Virus record (IMG/VR): IMGVR_UViG_3300005286_000017
Span: 1-29,617 of that record
DNA from: a virus
Taxonomy: Duplodnaviria; Caudoviricetes
DNA length: 29,617 nt
Reading direction: 5' to 3' (one strand)
The notes under the pieces are model-generated. The model ran no database searches. It worked only from the letters and a program-made list of their open reading frames with translations, and was not told the origin of the DNA. The translations under genes were made by a program, and so were the position numbers. This document shows positions 7,820 to 15,534 of this stretch, one piece after another; the first letter of the stretch is position 1, and every line of letters starts with the position of its first letter.

Positions 7820-8233
7820 ATGCCCTCAATAGAAACGTCGATCTGGCTCGCACTTAAGGCGAGGGTGCAATCGCTCGCCCTGTCGCCGGTGCTGCCGATT
7901 GCTTGGCCAAACGAGAGCTTCGACGCCCCGCTGTCGAGCTTTCTGCGCGTGACATGGATTCCGAACATCAACAGGCGGTTATTCTTGAGCGGCTCCGATC
8001 CGCACCAGCGGCTGAGCCTGCTCCAGGTCGATGTGTTCGGCAAGCGGAATGAGAATGTCGCCATAGCCGTGGAAATTGCGGGGAAGATCGCCGCACATTT
8101 CCCAGCCGATCTCCGCATGTATGCCCACGGCGTGACGGCGCGCGTCACCAAGGCGCCGGAGATCGCTCAGGCAATTTCCGACGATACGCACTTCCTGGTG
8201 CCAGTCACCATCCCAATCGAAGCCATCATCTAG
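7820..8233 (+). CDS. Tail terminator protein (DUF4128-like)
   Basis: PIAWPNE.F, LLQVDVF, IA.HFP and VPVTI motifs; synteny. Confidence 0.82.
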   Translation: MPSIETSIWLALKARVQSLALSPVLPIAWPNESFDAPLSSFLRVTWIPNINRRLFLSGSDPHQRLSLLQVDVFGKRNENVAIAVEIAGKIAAHFPADLRMYAHGVTARVTKAPEIAQAISDDTHFLVPVTIPIEAII

Positions 8234-8243
8234 GAGATCGAAG

Positions 8244-8468
8244 ATGAAGCTTGTCTACTCCGGCACGCGAGTGCCCGGACTGCCGAAGGCTGACGGCATC
8301 AAGGTCGTCAACCCGGTCCACTTCACCGGCGTCAAGAAGGAGGCCAAGGCGGTCTACCTGAATGGCGACTATCCGAACATCAAGGCGGCCTACGAAGAGG
8401 CAGGGGTGAAGGTGCACCCTGTTTCCGATCTTCTTTCGGCCGGCGCTGCTGCCAAGAAGGGGGCATAA
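8244..8468 (+). CDS. Hypothetical protein
   Basis: 74 aa with AGGAG RBS; NP.HF.G and V...GDYPNIKAAYE motif; lies between terminator and tube genes. Confidence 0.75.
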   Translation: MKLVYSGTRVPGLPKADGIKVVNPVHFTGVKKEAKAVYLNGDYPNIKAAYEEAGVKVHPVSDLLSAGAAAKKGA

Positions 8469-8471
8469 GCC

Positions 8472-8975
8472 ATGGCAAACACAAACAAGGGCCGAAAGTT
8501 CTACATTGCGGTAGCGACCGCTGGTCAGCCCGAACCAGTTCCGCAGGCCACCGACCTGACGCAGACCGAATACGAGGCGCTGATCTGGCTAGAGGTCAAG
8601 AATGTTGGTGCCATCGGCGAGAGTGGCACGAACACCAACATCGTTAGTTATGATGAGCTTTCGACCGAGGTGACCCAGAAGCAGAAGGGCATCTCGAATG
8701 CCGGCGATCCGACTGTGGAATGCGCCCGCAACCCTCCCGACCCCGGCCAGCAGGCGATGAGGGCGGCTGCGAAGACCAAATACTACTACGCCTTCAAGAC
8801 GGAAGATGCGGATGCTCCCGACGAGAACACCACTAACTCGGTCTATTACAATCGAGGCCTGGTGACCGGTCCCACGCGGCCCAATGGCCGGAATGAGGAC
8901 TTCATCCTCGAGGTTTTCACGCTGGGCCTCGTCCAGAAGGAAATCGTCGTTGATCCCGAACCCATTTCTCCTTGA
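8472..8975 (+). CDS. Major tail tube protein
   Basis: 167 aa; GE.G...NIVSY, K.KG..NAGD and D.GQ.A motifs; upstream of chaperones. Confidence 0.85.
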   Translation: MANTNKGRKFYIAVATAGQPEPVPQATDLTQTEYEALIWLEVKNVGAIGESGTNTNIVSYDELSTEVTQKQKGISNAGDPTVECARNPPDPGQQAMRAAAKTKYYYAFKTEDADAPDENTTNSVYYNRGLVTGPTRPNGRNEDFILEVFTLGLVQKEIVVDPEPISP

Positions 8976-8983
8976 GGTGACGC

Positions 8984-9391
8984 GTGGATATCGCTGGCAT
9001 TTACAATTACGAGACCCTGTTCCCCCTCGAGCTCGTCCGCCCGGACACTGAGGAGAAACTTGGGATCGTGTTCCAGATCCGCTCCGCTTCTTCGCAAGAA
9101 TCGAAGAAAGTCCTTCGCAAGCATGTCGATGAGGTGACGGAGCGGCAGCAGCGTGGAAAACTGGTGAAGGGCGAGATGCGCCTTCGCCAGGAGCTTGAAA
9201 AGGCTGCTTCCTGGATTGCCTCCTGGGATTGGGGCGAACACACCTATGGCGGTGAGAAGCCTGAGTTTTCCTTTAGGAAGGCCGTCGAAATCCTTGATAA
9301 GGAAGACTGGATTTATGCCCAGGTGAGCGAGGCAGCAAACAACCTCGCAAATTTTACGAAGGAATCGCCGAGGCCTGTTGCGAAGCCGTAA
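8984..9391 (+). CDS. Tail assembly chaperone (gpG analogue)
   Basis: GTG start with GAGGT RBS; between tube and tape measure; ends shortly after ANF encoded by a slippery heptamer. Confidence 0.82.
   Translation: MDIAGIYNYETLFPLELVRPDTEEKLGIVFQIRSASSQESKKVLRKHVDEVTERQQRGKLVKGEMRLRQELEKAASWIASWDWGEHTYGGEKPEFSFRKAVEILDKEDWIYAQVSEAANNLANFTKESPRPVAKP
9349..9355 (+). other. Programmed -1 ribosomal frameshift site A AAT TTT
   Basis: X XXY YYZ heptamer in the correct phase. The -1 frame reads YEGIAEACCEAVKLAVRYD... without stops into the 9463-9732 ORF. Confidence 0.8.
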
Positions 9392-9732
9392 AGCTGGCAG
9401 TCCGCTACGATACACCGGATGACAATGGTGAGACGAGGCGGGCACGCAATGCCCGCTTTGGTGTGGGAGACCTCAGTCCAGAAATCTCAGTAGCAGAACA
9501 CTGGAGCCATTTATGGGTGTGGTTCTGGGAACTCAGCGCAGCTCGCAGCTACGGGTTCTCCGGCCCAAACCCGATCTCATTTTCTGAAATCGCTGACTGG
9601 GCTGAACTCACCGGCAATCTGATCCGCCGAGACGAGATCTCGATCATCCGCAAGATGGATGTTGCATTCATCGAGGCCAATTCAGCGGAACAGGCCGAAG
9701 CGGCCGAGCGGGCGAAGCACAAGAAGGACTGA
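9355..9732 (+). CDS. Tail assembly chaperone frameshift extension (gpT analogue)
   Basis: LW.WFWELS..R..G..GP.PISFSEI..W motif; open in the -1 frame from the slippery site. Confidence 0.8.
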   Translation, partial: YEGIAEACCEAVKLAVRYDTPDDNGETRRARNARFGVGDLSPEISVAEHWSHLWVWFWELSAARSYGFSGPNPISFSEIADWAELTGNLIRRDEISIIRKMDVAFIEANSAEQAEAAERAKHKKD

Positions 9733-9734
9733 CT

Positions 9735-11636
9735 ATGGACATCGCCACGCTTGGCATTGCCGTCGATAGCTCTCAGGCCGATAAGGGCGCTGTTTCGCTC
9801 ACCAAGCTTTCGGCTGCTGCAAAGCAGGCGGAGGCTGCCACTAAGGGCACCGCGGCTGGCGCCCGCTCGGCCAGTGCCGCATCCGCTGCCGTCTCTGGAA
9901 CAGCCAACAGCGCGGCCGCTGCCCTAAACACAGAAGCAGCGGCAGCCACCAAAGCCGCATCTGCGATGCGCATGCATGCCACCGCCGTCAACGACAACGT
10001 GCAGCGGATGGGCGGTAGCTTCTCAGGGCTTGCAGCTCAGGTCCAGGACATCGGCGTCACTGCGGCCATGGGCATGAACCCGTTGATCATCGGTCTCCAG
10101 CAGGGAACGCAGATCGCCGGTCAGATGGAAGTCGCCCTACAGAATGGCGGGTCTGCAGCCAGCGTGTTCAGCCAAGCGATAATGTCTCTTCTATCCCCTG
10201 TCTCTCTGCTGAGCATCGCACTCACTGTCCTTCTCGCGGCCGGTCTTCAGATGGTGGATTGGCCAGCAGCTGCGGCATGGGCGATGAATGGTCTTGCCGA
10301 TCTGCTCCAGACGATCGCGCCATACGCGGCTGCTGCTGCGGCTGGCTTAGCCCTTCTCTATGCCCCCGCTATCGTAGGAGGCCTCGTCCAGTTGATCGCC
10401 CTAATGAGCCGTGTGGCGGTATCCGCTGTCGCGGCAGCGGCCGCAATGGCTGCCGCGAATCCTGCTGCAGCGTTCGTGATCGGCATCACTGCTGCCGTCG
10501 CCGCCGCCAACATCTTCCGCGATGAACTCGCCAGGATATTCGGGATCGATATTGTCGGGGCCGCCAAGGACGCCGTGAATAACGTCATCGCTTACTTCCA
10601 TGGGGGGTACGAAGGGATTGTAGCTGCTTGGGGAGCATTGCCGGGGGCACTTGGGGATATAGCCATCCAGGCGGCTAACCGTGTGCTCGATGCAATTCAG
10701 CAGATGGTGCGCAGCGCCGTCACGATGATCAACAGCGTCATCGCCAGTACAAACGGTAAGCTGCGGGAATTGGGCATCGGCTTTCAGCTGCCCTCCATCG
10801 ACAATAAGATCCCGCGGCCTCAAATCGAGAACCCCTTTGAGGGAGCTGCCGCGGGGGTTGGCGCTTCGATTTCGGATGCTATCGCAGCCCGTCTCGGGAC
10901 CGACTATCTCGGCAATTTCGGTACCGCGATCGCCAATGGAGCCTCAGGAGCTGCAGAAAAGCTCCGCGAACTGGCTGGCAGTTTCGGAACAGTTGAAGAG
11001 GCGGCCGGGAAGGCCGGCGGGGCAGCTGAAGGGGCGGCGAAGAAGGCAAAGGACCCTTGGGAGGGTCTGCGGGAAACAACCAATCAGGTTGCGAGCGCAT
11101 TTCAAGATGCTGGCCGCTCGACTGGGGGCATACTGAAAGGGCTCGTAGATGGCACGCTTACCTGGCGCGAGGCGCTTTCCCAGGCTTTGTCCGTTGCACT
11201 TAAGCTTATGCAATCGCTGAACCCAAATTTCCTTGGGGGCGGGTTTTTCCAAGGTCTTCTCGGAGGGCTTCTCGGCTTCGCGAACGGAGGCGCCATCCAG
11301 AACGGCCGCGTCATTCCGTTTGCTAAAGGCGGTATTGTCACCCGGCCTACGCTGTTTCCAATGGCGAATGGCGCTGGTCTGATGGGGGAAGCCGGGCCGG
11401 AAGCAATCATGCCGCTTCGTCGCGGCCGGGATGGGAAGCTCGGCGTGGCAGGTGGTGGAAACACCAGCATCGTCATCGAAGGCTCGCAAATTGTCATTCA
11501 AGGTGATGCCAATCGGCAGACGCAGCAAGACTTGAAGCGCTATCTAGATGAGCGCGATCGAAAGCTGATGCGGATGATCCCGCAGATGGTCGATAAGCGC
11601 ACCGACGATCGTCAGGTCAGGAGGGTTCGGCCCTGA
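9735..11636 (+). CDS. Tail tape measure protein
   Basis: 633 aa, Ala/Gly-rich; Q.QDIGV...G.NP....LQQG.QI N-terminal motif and FAKGG..MGEAGPEAIMPL C-terminal motif. Confidence 0.93.
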   Translation: MDIATLGIAVDSSQADKGAVSLTKLSAAAKQAEAATKGTAAGARSASAASAAVSGTANSAAAALNTEAAAATKAASAMRMHATAVNDNVQRMGGSFSGLAAQVQDIGVTAAMGMNPLIIGLQQGTQIAGQMEVALQNGGSAASVFSQAIMSLLSPVSLLSIALTVLLAAGLQMVDWPAAAAWAMNGLADLLQTIAPYAAAAAAGLALLYAPAIVGGLVQLIALMSRVAVSAVAAAAAMAAANPAAAFVIGITAAVAAANIFRDELARIFGIDIVGAAKDAVNNVIAYFHGGYEGIVAAWGALPGALGDIAIQAANRVLDAIQQMVRSAVTMINSVIASTNGKLRELGIGFQLPSIDNKIPRPQIENPFEGAAAGVGASISDAIAARLGTDYLGNFGTAIANGASGAAEKLRELAGSFGTVEEAAGKAGGAAEGAAKKAKDPWEGLRETTNQVASAFQDAGRSTGGILKGLVDGTLTWREALSQALSVALKLMQSLNPNFLGGGFFQGLLGGLLGFANGGAIQNGRVIPFAKGGIVTRPTLFPMANGAGLMGEAGPEAIMPLRRGRDGKLGVAGGGNTSIVIEGSQIVIQGDANRQTQQDLKRYLDERDRKLMRMIPQMVDKRTDDRQVRRVRP

Positions 11637-12349
11637 TGGCTAGGCGTCTTCTCTCCTGGCCACAGGGACTGGGCAATGTCAGCATGGAGATTCTCTCTGG
11701 CCCGCGAGCAGTCGGATCCGGCCAGACGGAATCGATCGGCAACTTCATTCAAACCTTCGGGTCTCCGTTCGGCTCCATAAGGATACGCCTGAACTTTTCT
11801 CCTATGCGGGATGAGGCTGCTAGGCGGTTTCGAGGTTGGATTACCGCACTCCATGGAGGGGCAAATGCTACGCGCGTTCCATGGGTGGACGCGGATCGCA
11901 TGTCTCTTTTGGAAGCGGGCGTGAAAGGGCCAATCGAAAACCCGCCTTGGTCAAATGGCAAGCCATGGGGGAACGGGAAGAACTGGAGAGCCTCATATCC
12001 CCCGGTGCATGTCGCCGCGCCGGCCGCGCTAGGCTCTACAATCGTTCAACTTGCTGACGAGTTCTGGGGACACCGCCTCGGGTATGGTGACCAGTTCGGA
12101 TTCTTCCCATTCCATTTCGGCGTTTATGAAGTGACCGAGGTGTTGGGCGAGGGGACCTATCGCATCTGGCCATCACTCAGGAAGGCAGTCTCACCGGATG
12201 ATTTTGCGACGCTGACTCCCTCACTCGTAATGAGGCTTGAGAGCGAGGAGGCCGCCAATCGAAATCGGGAGGCTGATTTCATTCGTAGCGGCTCCGTCAC
12301 GATGGTCGAGGTCTTCGACTATGACGTGCGAGAATACTTCACGGCCTGA
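11636..12349 (+). CDS. Distal tail protein
   Basis: Directly after the tape measure gene with overlapping stop/start; 237 aa; RIWPSLR motif. Confidence 0.7.
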   Translation: MARRLLSWPQGLGNVSMEILSGPRAVGSGQTESIGNFIQTFGSPFGSIRIRLNFSPMRDEAARRFRGWITALHGGANATRVPWVDADRMSLLEAGVKGPIENPPWSNGKPWGNGKNWRASYPPVHVAAPAALGSTIVQLADEFWGHRLGYGDQFGFFPFHFGVYEVTEVLGEGTYRIWPSLRKAVSPDDFATLTPSLVMRLESEEAANRNREADFIRSGSVTMVEVFDYDVREYFTA

Positions 12350-12351
12350 CC

Positions 12352-12927
12352 ATGCCCATTTACTCCGAAGCTGACATGGAACGGCTTTCCGGGCCGCATG
12401 TCGCCCGCGCCTGGTTTGCCGAGATTGATCTGCCGTCCGGTCTGGTGCGTGCTCACAACGGGGTGGGGCGTTTCGCGATCGGCGGCCACGAGTGGCGCGG
12501 CGTGACTGATCCCGCCGGTGGCCAGCTGGTGAGCATCAGCGCCGTGGAAGATCCACGCTTCGGGCAGGCAGCATCCGTGACCATCATTCTCGGGCCCATC
12601 AGCGCTGCGGCGTGGAAAGATATCAAGCAGACCGCCCGCCAGATCGAGGGGAGGCGGTGTGATCTCTATTGGGCTGCTATCGACCCCGAGACAGGCGAGA
12701 TCGACGTGAGCCTCAAGAAGAAGTTCCCGGGCAAGATCAGCGCTCCAGCCTTGCACCGGGCGGGGGTGGGCACGCGCTATGCCTCCTTCACCATCGAGAG
12801 CATCTGGCAGTCGCAAAACTATTCCTTCGGCGGCAAGTGGAACCCTTCCGACCAGGAACGGCGCTATCCCGGCGACAAGGGCGGCCAGTTCATCGGCGTG
12901 AAGGTGGTCGAGGTGTTCAACACATGA
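12352..12927 (+). CDS. Tail tip/hub protein
   Basis: G.EWRG and DQERRYPGDKG motifs; synteny. Confidence 0.7.
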   Translation: MPIYSEADMERLSGPHVARAWFAEIDLPSGLVRAHNGVGRFAIGGHEWRGVTDPAGGQLVSISAVEDPRFGQAASVTIILGPISAAAWKDIKQTARQIEGRRCDLYWAAIDPETGEIDVSLKKKFPGKISAPALHRAGVGTRYASFTIESIWQSQNYSFGGKWNPSDQERRYPGDKGGQFIGVKVVEVFNT

Positions 12928-13328
12928 GGGAAAAGCTTCTGGCTTTCCTCGAGCAGTTCGAGGGCAGGCCGACTGTGTGGGGCAAGGATGATTGCTCCGC
13001 GTCGGCGGCTATGTGGCTGCGCGAGAACGGAATTGACGTCCGCCTGCCAGCCTATTCCTCGCGCGAGGAGGCGCATGCACTGATCGAGCAGGCCGGCGGG
13101 CTCGTCCACCTCTGGGACGATGCTCTTTCCGGCACTGACGTTCGTGAGCGCTACGACAGGCCAGAGCTTGGCGACATCGCGATTATCGACACGCGGACAT
13201 TTGGGCAGGTGGGCGTCATCTGCGGCTCAGGCGGCATCTGCTGGTGGCGGAAGAATGAAGGCGGGTTTTGGCTCGCCCCCCGTTATTTCGTGAAGGTCTG
13301 GGCAATCTCCTGCTGGGCAATCTCCTAA
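12924..13328 (+). CDS. Tail-associated NlpC/P60-like protein (DUF6950-like)
   Basis: ATGA overlap at 12924; WGKDDC and P.LGDIA motifs. Confidence 0.75.
   Translation: MREKLLAFLEQFEGRPTVWGKDDCSASAAMWLRENGIDVRLPAYSSREEAHALIEQAGGLVHLWDDALSGTDVRERYDRPELGDIAIIDTRTFGQVGVICGSGGICWWRKNEGGFWLAPRYFVKVWAISCWAIS
13298..13326 (+). repeat. 14-bp direct repeat CTGGGCAATCTCCT x2 (period 15)
   Basis: Copies at 13298-13311 and 13313-13326; protein ends WAISCWAIS. Confidence 0.9.
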
Positions 13329-15496
13329 TGAAGTGGCTCAAACTTGCTTTGGCCGGCTGCGCTTCGTGGCTGGCGATGACAGCGCATGCCCAGGCGGATG
13401 TCATCTTCACGCCGCTGACGTTCCTGCTGTTCTCCGGGCCGCTCGGTGCTGTCTTTACGCCTGGCATCATCTATGCCGGTCTGCAGGTTGCCGCCTATGG
13501 CGCTGTGCTTGGTGCCCAGCTGGCACTCGCGCAGCGGCAGATGCCGAAGATCGATCCCGGGGAACTGAAGAACACGTTCCAGGAGGCTGAAAGCTCCGAA
13601 TACAACGCGGTCGGCCGCGTGCGGGTGGGCGGGCTCAAGGCTTTCGGGAACACGAAGGCGCGATTTATCTCGCGGCTGATATGGCACTGCAAAGGCCCAA
13701 TGGATGCCGTCGAGGAGTACTTTGTTGGCGGCCGGCCTGTCACCGTCGATCCCGGCGGCGCGGTGTCCTCGCCGCCTTGGGCGAGGGCGGACGGCACATA
13801 TCTGACGATCCAGTCGAAGAGGGGCGACGGCAGCGAAACGGCTTGGCCCGAGCTTATGGCCGACTTTCCGACGCTCTGGACGCCTGCCCACCGCTGCCGC
13901 GGTATCTTTCAAAGCCTTGCACGGTTCCGGGTTCCAGAAATCAACGGGCCCGACGATCAGAACCTGTTCCAGAAGCTCTATCAGGGCGGGGCGCCGGACA
14001 TCATGGCAACGGCCCGGGTGGGCCTCATTTATGACCCGCGCGACGGGCAGACCCGATGGACCGACAACGGCATCCTGTGCGCGGCGCATATCATGCGTTC
14101 CTATCCCGATCTGCGGTTCGAGGACTTCGATTGGGCGTTCATCGCAGTTGAAGCCAATAAGGCAGATCAGCCGGTCGCCACACGAAGCGGGACAGAACCC
14201 CGCGCCCGCTGCTGGGGCATCTGGCCCTCGGAGAGCCAGCGCGGCGAGGTGATGAAGCAGGTGCTCGACAGCATCGGCGCCGAAGTCGTGATGAGCGATT
14301 CCGGCCTGATCCGCATCCGCCTGATCGATGATGTACCTCAGCCGGAGATTACGTTCACATCTAAGCACATCTCGGAACTGAACTGGAAATCCGGGCCCGA
14401 AGCCGTCGAGCGGCCGAACGTCTGCCGCATCAAATATTACTCGCCCGAGCGCGGCTATGACATGGGCGAGATCAACATGTCAGGGATCGCGTGGGCGCGC
14501 GTGCAGGAAGAGATCGATCGCTATGGCGAGAAGATTTTCGATGTCGAACTGCCGTTTTGCCCATCTGCCTCGCAGGCCCAGAGAATAGCCCGCAGGCTCT
14601 TCCTGCAGGCAAGAGCGGATGCCGGTTCAATCCGCACCAATATGGCGGGTCTTGCTGCCTGGGGCGTTGTCTATGCCAATGTCGTGGACGATGACGCAGA
14701 AGAGACGATGCTCACGCGCTTCGCCTCTCCGCGCATCGATGACGAGCAGGGGCAGGTGGACATCCCCTATATCGTCTGGCCGTCCGAGTTGATCGAGCAG
14801 CCATGGAACCCGGCCAGCATGGAGGCACCCCCACCGGAGCCAGCGCCAGAACTCCAATACGAAACCGACATCCCCACGCCAGCGCCGCCCTATGCCGCGG
14901 CTGTCGTGCAGTATCCGTCAGGGACTTGGGAAACGCGCATTGCCTTCACCGGTGTTTCGGGTGCTGACGTTCCAGAGGCGAACTATCGCTACTTCCCCGG
15001 CGTGAACCCGACGCAGTGGGCGGCGATGGATGAGTATTCCGGCCTTGGTGTCTACTATGCGTTCGCTCTGGCCAACACCAACGGCATGAGAGCCGATTTC
15101 CGGGTGCGCTTCGCCGATGGTGATGAGGTGGGCTATTTCTCGGACCCGCTGGTCGTCAACCCGATGGCAGTCGACAACACGCCGACCGGACAGCCCATCG
15201 TCTCAACCAATGTCGAGATTGGAGATCCCATTGTCGTCGCGACTTGGAACATTACTGTGCCGGACCTCCGCGCAGTAAAAGTTGTGATCGAGATGGAATC
15301 CGGCGGTCTCGGTGGCGGATCCTGGACAGAAGTCGCTACTCTGAATGACGTGCGGCCGGGGCACCTTAGGCAGGTCCAGCGCGACTTCCTACGCAGCAGC
15401 AATGACGCGACCATCCAGTGGCGCGTGGCGTCCTACACCAGCAACGGCACGATCGGCGCTTACGCTACCGGTAGCTTCGTCGTGCCCTCGAACTGA
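13328..15496 (+). CDS. Central tail tip / host-specificity protein (gpJ-like)
   Basis: TAATG overlap with the upstream stop; GRVRVGG, YDPRDG..RWTDN and SQAQRIAR motifs; C-terminal beta-rich domains. Confidence 0.8.
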   Translation: MKWLKLALAGCASWLAMTAHAQADVIFTPLTFLLFSGPLGAVFTPGIIYAGLQVAAYGAVLGAQLALAQRQMPKIDPGELKNTFQEAESSEYNAVGRVRVGGLKAFGNTKARFISRLIWHCKGPMDAVEEYFVGGRPVTVDPGGAVSSPPWARADGTYLTIQSKRGDGSETAWPELMADFPTLWTPAHRCRGIFQSLARFRVPEINGPDDQNLFQKLYQGGAPDIMATARVGLIYDPRDGQTRWTDNGILCAAHIMRSYPDLRFEDFDWAFIAVEANKADQPVATRSGTEPRARCWGIWPSESQRGEVMKQVLDSIGAEVVMSDSGLIRIRLIDDVPQPEITFTSKHISELNWKSGPEAVERPNVCRIKYYSPERGYDMGEINMSGIAWARVQEEIDRYGEKIFDVELPFCPSASQAQRIARRLFLQARADAGSIRTNMAGLAAWGVVYANVVDDDAEETMLTRFASPRIDDEQGQVDIPYIVWPSELIEQPWNPASMEAPPPEPAPELQYETDIPTPAPPYAAAVVQYPSGTWETRIAFTGVSGADVPEANYRYFPGVNPTQWAAMDEYSGLGVYYAFALANTNGMRADFRVRFADGDEVGYFSDPLVVNPMAVDNTPTGQPIVSTNVEIGDPIVVATWNITVPDLRAVKVVIEMESGGLGGGSWTEVATLNDVRPGHLRQVQRDFLRSSNDATIQWRVASYTSNGTIGAYATGSFVVPSN

Positions 15497-15534
15497 TCTC
15501 GAACACGCAATCACCTGACAATTCGGAGAACCTG

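Noticed and set aside
12669-12923. Upstream extension of the 219-aa ORF 12669-13328
   Set aside because: Overlaps the hub gene; the ATGA coupling at 12924 gives the plausible start.
2080-14368. Long antisense ORFs (2080-2850, 6194-6973, 13325-14368 and similar)
   Set aside because: Shadow frames of GC-rich structural genes with no recognisable motifs.
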